Origin: Pecten maximus
Taxonomy: Eukaryota
Assembly (NCBI RefSeq): GCF_902652985.1
Contig: NC_047015.1
Location: 41,292,001-41,356,000 of the forward strand
DNA length: 64,000 nt
Direction: 5' to 3'
Made by a program: the position numbers and the translations under genes. Position 1 is the stretch's first letter; every line of letters begins with the position of its first letter. The notes beneath the pieces were generated by a model. That model did not search any database. It had not been told where the DNA came from and was given only the letters and a program-made list of their open reading frames with translations. Below, piece after piece: positions 38,338 through 51,999 of this stretch.

Positions 38338-40036
38338 CTGTTGAATTTCAGAAGGGGAAGTGAAACAGACAATTTTTTTTAATGCAGACAAGTGACAAAT
38401 TCCACATGTACCATGAACTAACTCCTCCGTGCCCATTTCCTTGGATTCTAAAATTACCTTTACCCTGAGGTGACAAAATTTCCACATTGTAACTTGCAAA
38501 TGCTACACATTTGATAAAAAATATCAGATGTGTAGACAAAAACTTTGAGGCATGGATTAGCTGCAATTTCCTAATGAATTTCTAAGGTGGTAAATATGCT
38601 GCACTGACCTATTGACACAGAATATTTCACACACATAGTGTGAAAAAAATTCCCAGCCTACGTCATTTCATGCTTTATGATATAACACATAAACCATATG
38701 TATATCTGCCTCCCCTTACATCACTGTGATTTTATCTAATACACATGTATAAGACCTTGAACAACTCCAGGTAGTGAGATTTAGCATGCTGAATTACAAT
38801 CTTACATTTTTGTGGGATTACGAAATAATCCTCCGACACAGCTCCTTTACTGGTGACGGGCTAATCCTTTGATATAACTACTTTTACTGGAGACATGCAT
38901 GTTAATTGTTATGTTGATAATGGTGGGTGGTACTGTTGTCCAACCAAAACACAGGAATTAGCCGCCTGAAAAATCAGGATTACCAATTACAAGGCATTAT
39001 AAATCACTGGCGATCTATACTGGAGGTGCAAATGGGGACTCACCTTTGTGAAGTAACCATGAACACATCTGCATTTTTTCCTCACCAAGGCTGAAAATTC
39101 TACACTTAGAATGAAATATTTTCCTTTATCTTTGCATTTCAATCATCGAGAACCCCAGATATCTGCAGTTTTAAAAGATTGAAAATTAAAACTGGACACA
39201 TCATATACTTATATGAAACATTGGGGGAAATATCAAAAATAATTTATCTGAATAAACAACATAAATACCCTCAATAATCAATTGCATCATCAAATATTAA
39301 TCTTACTGGATGGTCAGCATTTGTGTAGATACATGACCGATATAGACTCCTCTGTATGGAATTTGAATCAAACAGGAAAATATGGACCTATATATGATGC
39401 TTTGACACTTGTATCAGGAATAACAATGAGTGCATGGTGTATGCAATATATACTTTTGTTGAGAAATTCTACACATTTCACATGGCATAAATCAGTAAGT
39501 GTTTCGATCGGTCCAGTACTATGTTATCAGGCTGGGATTGTTGCACGCCCTCAGATCATGGAGTAGCCTGCTTGTTGGCTTAGAGTCAATACTGTAGCAT
39601 ATGACAAAATGGCAATGATGTGAGAAGCTGTCAATGTGAAGATCAGGCCACACAAAAAGAGACTCTACCGATTAAATCTATAGTTGGACTTGACAGCACC
39701 TGTGTACACACCACAGCTGCTGAATCGAGTCGGATATATAACACACTTTGTCACATTGCAAAATAACTCCCTCAGAACAAACTCTACTGGTTTGTAAAAT
39801 GTGTAGACATAAATTCCGTAAAGCGGGCAATACTTGTGTCCAAAAAATAAACTTCCCGTTTCAATTTGAACTACCTCATTACATTTTTGGCTAAATCTTT
39901 GATGAAATAGGTTTTTCATTATGAGTTTCCATATAGATCTAATAATTGGGATATTCATATTCCTGAGCAGTTGGTTTTCCTTTTGAATGAAATATATTTT
40001 GTGTGTAGCTAAACAAATATGCATATCAAAATGGAT

Positions 40037-40265
40037 GCCTCGGTAGCCGTGATCGCTAATGAGCTGACAGTCGTCAGTGTAGTCATGCATGAGCTTCAGA
40101 CCACTCTCCCCTAGAACGTGGGTTCGAGCCGCTGGCGACAGGGGATGATGTCTGTTGGGTTTGTTGTTTCCCCACCGATGGCACGTTGGTTTTCCTCCAA
40201 CATTCAAACAATATTTGTTCCCTCAGCGGCATCGTAATAAAAGCTCTACAGAGCTTATGTTGCTT
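40037..40265 (+). mobile_element. tRNA-derived SINE (degraded)
   Basis: A-box-like TAGCCGTGATCG (40044), B box GGTTCGAGCC (40121-40130), SINE-central-domain-like ggttttcctcc (40188). CpG-rich patch within a CpG-poor region. Confidence 0.55.
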
Positions 40266-41884
40266 GTTACCATGTACACGACAATAAATAAAGGTTATTT
40301 TCATTTTTTCAAAGTTAGTGAAGTGTGAAATATAGGTCACAGTGACCTACTTTTGATATAATGATGTAGTACTCCATAACCAAGATGTGCTGTCTGTTGT
40401 CTAGTCCTTTGCTAAAACCCTTACTATATTCTTAACTCTGTATTTGCTTTTAAATTGTTCGTATAATATATTATTTAAAAGAGCAAGTACGTAATTTCTC
40501 ATGATTAACAACCTTTTAGTTATCGAGATAAATTCAAAATTTAATCTAGAAGTTGTGGCCCCCCTAATGTCCCATCTTTTAACCAATCATACACCAAAAA
40601 CAAACGCATTACATTAGGTATTGAAAAGACGTGATGCAGATCAATGTATATATATGTCTGCAATACTCTTAATTCAATCCCATGGGCAGTTACAAACACA
40701 TTCAGGACTTTGACAAATATAATGAAATAGTGATTATACTGTGACACTTAATCATTGTTATTTTACAATATATTTTCTTTAATTATAAAAAAAAGGAAAG
40801 AAAATAAAGATGTTTGCGTGTGTGCTACAGTGTCTGTTACAAATAGGTGTGGACAGGCCTGAGATCAAAGAAGCAAGAAACTCAAGTATACCCAATAGTT
40901 TTCTGATTTGCGACTTTAACAATTAATTGCCTTGAGTAAGTAGATAAGTTGCTGGTACAATGATAGTTTGCATATTTTTATATAATGTGTGTATTATGTA
41001 TTGTAGACAATGTAATTGTTATACTCCTGGTATACAGCTATCCAGAAAGAAAAAAACATTAGTATGTAACTCTGATTAAAGGATTACTTTAAAGTAGTAA
41101 TGCACATGTATACTTTCTCATATACCTTGCCATGTGAAATCTTACCTCATTGTGTTGATCTGTGTGTTGTACTGAAAATACGTGTAATGTTTCCTCAAAC
41201 ATAGGAAGTGACAGATTAGTGGAGGCTATGTATTCCTCCTGAGGCTACAGGCCTGAGAGTAGGAAGTTCTATAATCCACTGAACACATTTTCCCTCGGTA
41301 TAAAGCACAACAAGTGCTCACAATAACAGGTTTCCTGTACAAATCTGTCCCCTACAATCTGTACACAAGCATGTGCTGTCCCCACACGACCTAGTCCGAC
41401 CACATCTCGAAGCTCAAGTACACATCTGGTCTGAGTAATTAGTACACAACAGTACCCGACAAAGCCGAAGTCAAAAGGTATTGTGTGTCTATAACAATGG
41501 TATCAGCATATGTTTGTGGGCAGTGAGTGGATCTAATACATATCAAGTTACGTTTATGCTTGGTAAAATCAGTCAGATAGCCTATCCATGTCTCAGCTTG
41601 TTTCGTAATAGGTTAAAAGCCGCCTCCCCCCTCCCTCATCATGTTACCTTGACCTTATCCTGTGACAAAACTTACCCTTTGTTAAGATATTAACCTACCT
41701 GTTGAAAAATCAATCAATTTGGATCAGTTAATCCTGATTAGTCTTTGATCGGCGTCTATGATTGACATCACAGGAGTACATAAATTACGAACGTCTACAC
41801 CGTACAAATACACAGGATGGATACACCCCTATACCCAGATACACCAATTTATCCCGGCTAAATATAAATCAGACTGCCGCCTGA

Positions 41885-42000
41885 ACTCACCGTCTTCTTG
41901 CTCCACTACCATTTATAACAATTTAAATACACAGTTTTCCTATTCTACCCATACAAAAGACGGGATAAACATGTCCAAACATTTAAGTTTCAACGCAAAT
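41885..42000 (-). other. Candidate upstream non-coding exon ending at donor ACG|GTGAGT (exon end 41891)
   Basis: Consensus donor inside a locally CpG-richer patch (41.4-42.0 kb). Confidence 0.3.
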
Positions 42001-42074
42001 AAGATAATCAAATACCTCATTTATAAACAAGTAAGTACCACCAATTTAATATCTATACAGGCAATCACCAATAT

Positions 42075-42905
42075 TATATCTACAGGTAAGATATCTACAC
42101 GTTAGATATCCACAGGTAAGATATCTAACACATAATATATCCACAGGTAAGATATCTACACATAAGATATCCACAGGTAAGATATCTACACATTAGATAT
42201 CCACAGGTAAGATATCTACACATTAGATATCCACAGGTAAGATATCTACACATAAGATATCCACAGGTAAGATATCTACACATTAGATATCCACAGGTAA
42301 GATATCTACACATTATATATCCACAGGTAAGATATCTACACATAAGATATCCGCAGGTAAGATATCTACACATTAGATATCCACAGGTAAGCTATGTACA
42401 AGGTAAGATATCTACACATTAGATATCCACAGGTAAGATATCTACACATAAGATATCCACAGGTAAGATATCTACACATTAGATGTCCACAGGTAAGATA
42501 TCTACATATTAGATATCCACAGGTAAGCTTTGTACAAGGTAGGCTATGTACAAGGTAAGATATCTACAGGTAAGATATCTGCAAGTAGACATAAACAGGT
42601 AAGATATCTACAGATAAGCTATCTACAGGTTAGATGCACACAGGCAAGTCATCTAATGATAAGATATATAATGCATCTAAAGGTAAGATATCTACAGGCT
42701 AGATATTTACAGTAAGATATCTACAGGCTAGATATATTATCTACAGTAAGATATCTACAGGCTAGATATCTACAGTAAGATATATACAGGTTAGATATAT
42801 TATCTACAGTAAGATATCTACAGGCTAGATATATTATCTACAGGGAAGACACCTGCAGGTAAGACATACAAGATTCTATACTAAAGATGCATGCAGGTAA
42901 GATAT
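42075..42905. repeat. 30-bp minisatellite (cacaggtaagatatctacacattagatatc)n with degenerate 3' derivatives
   Basis: About 15 clean copies followed by shorter variants. Confidence 0.93.
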
Positions 42906-44784
42906 ATAAATCTTGGGCCTGTCACAGCAGCTGAACATTACACATACACAGTCCAAAACACAAATTCATGAACAGATTGACAGATCCATGTGTACACACA
43001 GAAGGGCAACACAGACTTTACTATACAGAAACCTCAACATATTTTGTAGTTTACTTACTGTCTACTTATTTCATTTATGGTTCTCCATTCTTTAAAAAAA
43101 AAAAAAAAATTATTTTATATCCCACTAACTTAACCATATAATACCACCTACTTTAAAACATTGAGTGACTATGAAATGGTTCTATAGCCCATGTCATGAC
43201 CACATATAAGTAGAGTTATGATGTCAAAATTAAAAACTTCATATTTTCCCCCCCAATTTTTAAGTTTAATTAAACATGAAAAAATAGCATGTCTTTAGTT
43301 TGTTTGACATAATAGCACAAGTACATATATTTAATACTATTTTAAGTACTACATAATAAGTAATATTTAATTTTCAGATCACATTCATTTTAAACTATTT
43401 AAAAAGTTTGAAAAAAATGAAGGCTATTATTCACATTATACCAGGGCAAATCTATGTATATCGGATATCATTACGTGCTTTTTATATTAGCAAAAGTCAA
43501 TTATAGACAGACTAGAAGGAAATTTTATATTATGATATGTTAACCTGGCCCATAATTATATTCTCAATATCTTAGTTGAAAGACATGAAATACAGTTTAT
43601 CTATTGAATAATCATTTTTTTGTGGATTTAGGCAGCATGAAATTTAATTAATGGTATATACTTAAAATAATTAATAACAGACTTGACACAGCATGTTTGA
43701 CACACTTGTACAAGCAATGCAGGTTCAAATAGAAGATGTTATAAAATCCAACACATTTATCAACAAGAGATCCCAGAGGGATCTTGGCACCCACCATTGA
43801 ATGATCTTTATAGGTTCCATGTCAGATTGATCTTTTCTCTATTTCCCCTTACTCTTACTAATCTGTGTAAATTCAGAAACATCCCTCCAGCACTTTTCAA
43901 ACAAGGGGAACTTATAATATAAAATTTGAGATTTAGCGATAATGGCTGTCTTTCGACCATGTTTTCAGATTGGTCCAAAAATGCAATACGACGGATTAAG
44001 GGGAACCTACATATGAAATTTGAGAAAGATCCCTTCAGTACCTTCTGTAAAATAGTGATAACAAGCTTCAACTGTCAAAATCCAAGATGGCTGCTTGTCA
44101 GCCGTGGTGTTTTCAGATTGGCTCCAAAATGCAACAAGAGCTGTTGGAGAACAGCATAGCTTGTCTCGCAAATGTTTGTCAATAAATAATTAGAATATAT
44201 TAATTGGAATGGTTTCGCAAATTGCATTAATGATATTTATATTGTTTACTTGATCAGATTATGTTTTGTGAATTCATGCAATTTTCAAAACCATACCAAT
44301 TTATATATATATAAATTATTTATTGACAAACATTTGGGAGACAAATTATGCTATTGTAGATTAAATGAAGATATTAAACACAAATGTAATTGCTTTTGGA
44401 CATATTTCTTCAATTTTTTGACAACATATCCTAATGATAGTTGTCTCCCTTGAAAAATGTGGACCGGTATAAATTGTCTATTGTGACGTTTTCATATTGT
44501 TTTATATTCAGTTTCACCCCAAGAAAGGATAGTGTAACTCCATAGGGACTCTTTTACCAAATATCAGCACCCTAGTCCAATCATAAAGTGATGTGTTAAA
44601 AAGCTTTCAACATTTGCACGAAATTTTTTGAAAAATGTGTTTTTTCCTCAAAAAAACATTTCAGTTTAACTCAGGAAAAGGATAGTTTAACCCCAACAGG
44701 GAACCTAATACCATGTATTACTATGCCTTTCAACACTCACAATATAAACTTAACACAAAGTCCAAAGATTTAAAAACAAAAACA

Positions 44785-47700
44785 AACAAGAGATCCCAGA
44801 GGGATCTTGGCGCCCACCATTGAATGTTCTTCATAGGTTCCATGTCAGATTGATCTTTTCTCTACTTTTCTCTTCTTCTAAGTCTTACTAATAATCTGTG
44901 TAAATTCAGATGAAACCTCTAGTACTTTTCAAACAAGGGAAACCTATATATAAAATTTAAGATTTAGGCACCAAGGGGAACCTATATATGGAATTTGAGA
45001 AAGATTCCTTAACTACTTTCTGAGAAATAGCGATAACAAACTTCAATTGTCAAAATCCAAGATGGCTGCCTGTCAGCCATGTTGTTTTCCGATTGGTCTC
45101 AAAATGCAATATGCATAACTATAGGCACCTGGGGGAACCTCGATATGAAATTTCAGGAAGATCCCTTCATTAGTTTCTTAAAAATAGCGATAACCAGTTT
45201 CAATTTTCAAAATCCAAGATGGCTGCCTGTCGGCCATGTTGTTTTCTGATTAGTCTCAAAAATGCAATATGCATAACTAGGCACCAAGGGGAACCTACAT
45301 ATGAAATTTGAGAAAGATCCCTTCAGTACTTTCTCAGAAATAGCGATAACAAACTTCAATTGTCAAAATCCAAGATGGCTGCCTGTCGGCCATGTTGTTT
45401 TCCGATCAGTCCCAAAATGCAATGTGCATAACTAAGCACTAAGGGGAACCTACATATGAAATTTGAGAAAGATCCCTTCAGTACTTTCTCAACAAGAGAT
45501 CCCAGAGGGATCTTGGCGCCCACCATTGAATGATCTTCATAGGTTCCATGTCAGATTGATCTTTTCTCTACTTTTCCCTTCCTCTAAGTCTTACTAATCT
45601 GTGTAAATTCAGAACCAGCCCTCTATAGCTAGTACTTTTCAAACAAGGGGAACCTATATATAAAATAATAATGGCTGTCTGTCGACCATGTTGTTTTTGG
45701 ATTGGTCCCAATATGCAAAACTAGGCACTGAGGGGAACCTACATATGAAATTTGAGAAAGATCCCTTCAGTACTTTCTGAGAAATAGCGATAACAAACTT
45801 CAATTGTCAAATTCCAAGATGGCTGCCTGTCGGCCATGTTGTTTTCTGATTAGTCTCAAAATGCAATATGCATAACTAGGCACCGAGGGGAACCTGTGTA
45901 TGAAATTTGAGAAAGATCCCTTCATTACTTTCTGAGAAATAGCGATAACAAACTTCAATTGTCAAAATCCAAGATGGCTGCCTGTCGGCCATGTTGTTTT
46001 CTGATTGGTCTCAAAATGCAATATCCATAACTAGGCACCAAGAGGAACCTACTTATGAAATTTGAGAAAGATCCCTTCAGTGCTTTCTGAGAAATAGCGA
46101 TAACAAACTTCAATTGTCGAAATCCAAGATGGCTGCCTGTCGGCCATGTTGTTTTTCGATTAGTCTCAAAATGCAATATGCATAACTAAGCATCAAGGGG
46201 AACCTAAATATGAAATTTGAGAAAGATCCCTTCAGTACTTTCTGAGGAATAGCGATAACAAACTTCAATTGTCAAAATCCAAGATGGCTGCCTGTCGGCC
46301 ATGTTGTTTTCCGATTGGTCTCAAAATGCAATATGCATAACTAGGCACCAGGGGGAACCTACATATGAAATTTCAAGAATATCCCTTTATTAGTTTCTTA
46401 GAAATAGCGATAACAAATTTCAATTGTCGAAATCCAAGATGGCTGCCTGTCAGCCATGTTGTTTTTCGATCAGTATCAAAATGCAATATGCATAACTAAG
46501 CACCGAGGGGAACCTAAATATGAAATTTGGGAAAGATCCCTTCAGTACTTTCTCAGAAATAGCGATAACAAACTTCAATTGTCAAAATCCAAGATGGCTG
46601 CCTGTCGGCCATGTTGTTTTCTGATTGGTCTCAAAATGCAATATGCATAACTAGACACCGCGGGGAAGCTACATATGCAATTTCAGTATGATCCCTTCAT
46701 TAGTTTCTTAGAAATAGTGATAACAAACTTCAATTGTCGAAATCCAAGATGGCTGCCTGTCGGCCATGTTGTTTTCCGATTAGTCTCAAAATGCAATATG
46801 CGTAACTAAGCATCAAGGGGAAAATTAATATGAAATTTGAGAAAGATCCCTTCAGTACTTTCTTAGGAATAGCGATAACAAACTTCAATTGTCAAAATCC
46901 AAGATGGCTGCCTATTGGCCATGTTGTTTTCCGATTGGTCTCAAAATGCAATATGCATAACTAGGCACCAAGAGGAACCTACATATGAAATTTGGGAGAG
47001 ATCCCTTCAGTGCTTTCTGAGAATTAGCGATAACAAACTTAAATTGTCAAAATCCAAGATGGCTGCCTGTCGGCCATGTTGTTTTCCGATTGGTCTCAAA
47101 ATGCAATATGCATAACTAGGTACCAAGGGGAACCTACATATGAAATTTGAGAAAGATCCCTGCAGTACTTTCCGAGAAATAGCGATAACAAGAATTGTTT
47201 ACGGACGGACGGAGGGACGGGGGGACGGAGGGACGGACGGACGGACAGACGGACGGACGACGGACCACGGACGCAGGGCGATTTGAATAGCCCACCATCT
47301 GATGATGGTGGGCTAAAAATATCGATAACAAACTTCAATTGTCAAAATCCAAGATTGCTGCCTGTCGGCCATGTTGTTTTCCGATCGATCCCAAAATGCA
47401 ATATGCATAACTAGGCACCAAGGGAAACCCACATATGAAATTTGAGAAAGATCCCTTCAGTACTTTCTCAGAAATAGCGATAACAAACTTCAATGGTCAA
47501 AATCCAAGATGGCTGCCTGTCGGCCATGTTGCTTTCCGATCGGTCCCAAAACGCAATATGCATAACAAGGCACCAAGGGGAACCTACATATGAAATTTGA
47601 GAAAGATCCCTCCTGTACTTTCTCAGAAATAGCGATAACAAACTTCAATGGTCAAAATCCAAGATGGCTGCCTGTCGGCCATGTTCTTTTCCGATCGGTC

Positions 47701-48035
47701 CCAAAATGCAATATGCATAACTAGGCACCAAGGGGAACCTACATATGAAATTTGAGAAAGATCCCTTCAGTACTTTCTCAGAAATAGCGATAACAAACTT
47801 CAATGGTCAAAATCCAAGATGGCTGTCTGTCGGCCATGTTGTTTTCCGATCAGTCCCAAAATACAATATGCATAACTAGGCACCAAGGGGAACCAACATA
47901 TGAAATTTGAGAAAGATCCCTTCAGTACTTTCTAAGGATTAGCGATAACAAGAATTGTTTACGGACGGACGGACGACGGACCACGGACGCAGGGCGATTT
48001 GAATAGCCCACCATCTGATGATGGTGGGCTAAAAA
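44785..48035. mobile_element. HINE element C, inserted in B
   Basis: aacaagagatcccagagggatcttggcgcccacc start, 155-bp repeats, (ggac)n, terminal hairpin tagcccaccatc-tgat-gatggtgggcta. Confidence 0.85.
45491..47318. mobile_element. HINE element D, full length, inserted in C
   Basis: Same termini as C. C is broken at actttctc| and resumes at |atatcgataac. About 10 internal 155-bp units. Confidence 0.88.
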
Positions 48036-49208
48036 AACACAGATTTAAAAAGAAAAAATCCTATTTTTTTTTTTAAAGTTTTACTCCAGGAAGGGATTGT
48101 CTTACTCCATAGGGACTCTATTGCCAAATATCAGCACCCTTGTACAATTATATAGTGATGTATTAAAACCTCTTAAAACTTGCACCAAAAACTTTAACGC
48201 AGAAATATTCTAAGTCCAAAAATTTGAAAATTCTGGTTTTTTCCCCAAAAAATCTTTTAGTTTAACTCTGGCAGGGGATAGTCTAACCCCAGAGGAACTC
48301 TATTGCCAATTATCAGCACCCTAGTACAATTATAAAGTGATGTATTAATACCTTTCGACACTTGCACCAAAAACTTAACGCAAAAATGTTCAAAAATCTG
48401 TTTTTTTTCCAAAAAATCTTTTAGTTTAACTCCGGCAGGGGATAGTTTGACCCCCACAGGGACCATATTACCATAAATTACTATGCCTTTCAACACTTGC
48501 ACCAAAAATTTAACATTTGGAAAACCAACGCTGACGCCGACGCCGGAGTGACAACATAAGCTCTCACTCTTCTTCGAAGAGACAAGCTAATAAGCATAAC
48601 TAGGGACCAAGGGGTCCCTACATATGAAATTTGAGAAAGATCCCTTCAGTACCTTCTGTAAAATAGTGATAACAAACTTCAACTGTCAAAATCCAAGATG
48701 GCTGTCTGTTGGCCATGTTGTTATCGGACTGGTCCCAAAATGAAATATGTGTAACTAGGGACCAAAGGCAACCTATATATCAAATTTGAGAAAGATCCCT
48801 TCAGTTCTTTCTGAGAAATAGCGATAACAAACTTCAGCTGTCAAAATCCAAGATGGCTGTCTGTAGGCCATGTCGTTATCCGACTGGTCCCAAAATGAAA
48901 TATGCATAACTAGGGACCAAGGAGCCTACCTATGAAATTTGAGAAAGATCCCTTCAGTACTTTCTGAGAAATAGTGATAACAAACTTCAATTGTCAAAAT
49001 CCAAGATGGCTGCCTGTCGGCCATGTTGTTTTTCCGATCGGTCCTAAAATGCAATATACATAACTACAGACCAAGGGGTACCTACTTATGAAATTTGAGA
49101 AAGATCCCTTCAGTACTTTCTCAGCAATAGCGATAACAAGAATTGTTTACAGACGGTCGGATGGAGGGACGGACGGACGGACGGCGGCCATGGACGCAAG
49201 GCAATTTA

Positions 49209-50695
49209 AACAAGAGATCACAGAGGGATCTTGGCGCCCACCATTGAATGATCTTTATAGGTTCCATGTCAGATAGATCTTTTCTCTTTTTTTTTTCCCT
49301 TCCTCTTACTAATCTGTGTAAATTAAGAAACATCACTCCAGTGCTTTTTAAACAAGGGAAACTTATATATGAAATTTGAGATTTAGCAATAATGGCTGTC
49401 TGTTGACAATGTTTTCTGATTGATCCAAAAATGCAATACGACGGACCAAGGGGAACCTACATATGAAAATTGAGAAAGATCCCTTCAGTACCTTCTGTAA
49501 AATAGCAATAACAAACTTCAGTTGTCAAAATCCATGATGACTGTCTGTTGGCCATGTCGTTATCCGACTGGTCCCAAAATGAAATATGCACAACTAGGGA
49601 CCAAGGGCAACAGATATATCAAATTTGAGAAAGATCCCTTCAGTTCTTTCTTAGAAATAGCGATATCAAACTTCAATTGTCAAAATCCAAGATGGCTGCT
49701 TGTCGGCCATGTTGTTATCCAACTCGTCCCAAATTGAAATATGCACAACTAGGGACCAAGGGCAACCTATATATCAAATTTCAGAAAGATCCCTTCAGTT
49801 CTTTCTGAGAAATATCGATAACAAACTTCAATTGTCAAAATCCAAGATGGCTGTCTGTCGGCCATGTTGTTATCTGATTGGTCTCAAAATGCAATATGCA
49901 TATCTAGGGACCAAGGGCAACCTACATATGAAATTTGAGAAAGATCCCTTCAGTACTTTCTCAGAAATAGTGATAACAAGCTTCAATTGTCAAAATCCAA
50001 GATGGCTGTCTGTAGGCCATGTTGTTTTCGAATCGGTCCCAAAATGCAATCTGCATAACTAGGGACCAAGGGCAACCTACATATAAAATTTGAGAAAGAT
50101 CCCTTCAGTACTTTTTCAGAAATAGCGATAACAAACTTCAATTGTCAAAATCCAAGATGGCTGCCTGTCGGCCATGTTGTTTTCCGATTGGTCTCAAAAT
50201 GCAATATGCATAACTAGGGACCAAGGGCAACCTACGCCTGAAATTTGAGAAAGATCCCTTCAGTACTTTCTCAGAAATAGTGATAACAAACTTCAATTGT
50301 CAAAATCCAAGATGGCTGCCTGTCGGCCATGTTGTTTTCCGATTGGTCCCAAAATGCAATATGCATAACTAGGCACCAAGAGGAACCTACATATGAAATT
50401 TGAGAAAGATCCCTTCAGTGCTTTCTGAGAAATAGCGATAACAAACTTCAATTGTCAAAATCCAAGATGGCTGCCTGTCAGCCATGTTGTTTTCTGATTG
50501 GTCTCAAAATGCAATATGCATAACTAGGCACCAAGGGGAACCTATATATGAAATTTGAGAAAGATCCCTTCAGTACTTTCTGAGAAATAGCGATAACAAG
50601 AATTGTTTACGGCCGGCCGGCCGGCCGGCCGGACGACGGACCACGGATGCAAGGCGATTTGAATAGCCCAACATCTGATGATGTGGGCTAAAAAT
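49209..50695. mobile_element. HINE element E, head-to-tail after A
   Basis: aacaagagatcacagagggatcttggcgcccacc start, 155-bp repeats, (ggcc)n/(gacg) tract, terminal tagccca...tgggctaaaaa. Confidence 0.85.
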
Positions 50696-50699
50696 ATTA

Positions 50700-51999
50700 C
50701 ATTGGATTTCGTGTTATTTTATCAGTGACTGCCAGTGTCAAGTTCGTATAACAGGAACAGGAAACGACCTAAATAAACTCGGTTTCTCCGATCTCTGTGC
50801 TTTGGCAATTGAAAATAATATGGAATATTTTAAACTTCATAGCGAACATAAGAATGTCTCTATGATAAACATAAATGATTTTAGCTGTAATTGTCAGCGA
50901 GTCCTTCGATTGTATGTCAAATTAGGAATACGTGGATGAAACAGGGATGTATGACCCCCGATTTGAGGTGCTACGATTTTACTGTGTCGCGAATAAGAAA
51001 AATCTTTAAGGTTTTATTATTTTAATACATGTATTTTTATACAATTAGTAATAGTAATATGACAATTTGACATCAGTAAAAGCACAAACAAAAACACCGT
51101 TTATTAACAATAATAACACAAATATTTTCATCCAAAATTGACCCAAGTCTTGACAACCATTACGGACCAAATCTAAGATGGCGACGTGCATTTCGGCTTA
51201 TTGCATAAGTGGGTTAATTGGGTAAAAAGTCCCCGCAAATAGGCAACCCAATTAAGCGGAATGCATTGTATTTCAAAGAACACCGTATAGCTTTGACACA
51301 CTTGAGTCATCACATATAGATAATTAAACATTGTTTTTAGTGTTCAGTAAACATGTCTCCTGTATGAACAGTTACATTGACACTTTCTCAGGGCTGCGAA
51401 ACGTGCTGCCTCGACACAGATTTTTCTTGTAACACTCGGAACTCCGCAATGTACATAAGGAAAAACACACACATTAGAGAAACCTCGAATTGACACCAAA
51501 GAAACACACACATTAGAGAAACCTCGAATTGACACCAAAGAAACATTTACTCTAATAACCATACACAAGCCTCGCACAAGTCATGGACGATAATGATAGT
51601 ATAAAACTGCTCACTTTCATCATGTCGTTTTCGTGTGTTCTCTTTACCCGAGTTATTACGGTAGAGCTGTGTTTCCGGTCATGCGCAAAACAAACTGCAC
51701 GTATGTCAACCAAACAACATGGCTTCCTTGATTGAAGCGTGACTCAATACGATGTCTTTTCATCAGTACATATCATGACTTCATCAGTAATGTTCTACTA
51801 AGAAGTAAGAACTAATCAAAGTATTCATTTAACATAAACAAATCCATGTTCATAATATCGAAGGCCTCTCCTGTTCTAGCTCTAAACGTCCGGACAGGGC
51901 TACAACCTTACAAGACTACAGCCAACGGGTAACCGGGTACGGGTCAGGTTGTAAAGACCGAGTACCCGGGGCAAAATATTTGTACCTGTGACAGCCCTA
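50700..51999. mobile_element. CpG-rich segment ending in a hAT-like terminus (possible DNA transposon remnant)
   Basis: Clustered cgggta/acccg subterminal motifs (51925-51970) and the end gtgacagcccta. No convincing left TIR was found. Confidence 0.3.

Larger units (their letters stand above)
44133..48590. mobile_element. HINE-like element B (different family), inserted in A
   Basis: Starts aacaagagctgttggagaacagc (hairpin). Subterminal IR tagcttgtctc (44157-44167) pairs with gagacaagcta (48579-48589). Has a gacgcc microsatellite near the end and its own internal repeats. Confidence 0.8.
43762..49208. mobile_element. Non-autonomous Helentron-like (HINE) element A, outermost of the nest, terminal hairpin missing
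   Basis: Begins aacaagagatcccagagggatcttggcacccacc. Interrupted at aaatgcaa (44132) and resumes at 48591. Contains ~155-bp internal repeats and (gacg)n at about 49150-49195. Confidence 0.8.

Noticed and set aside
39665-40207. 180-aa minus-strand ORF
   Set aside because: No recognisable domain; partly antisense to a SINE.
42913-42928. Possible left TIR (ttgggcctgtcacag) pairing with the hAT-like end at about 51999
   Set aside because: The match needs an indel and a mismatch, and no 8-bp TSD was found.
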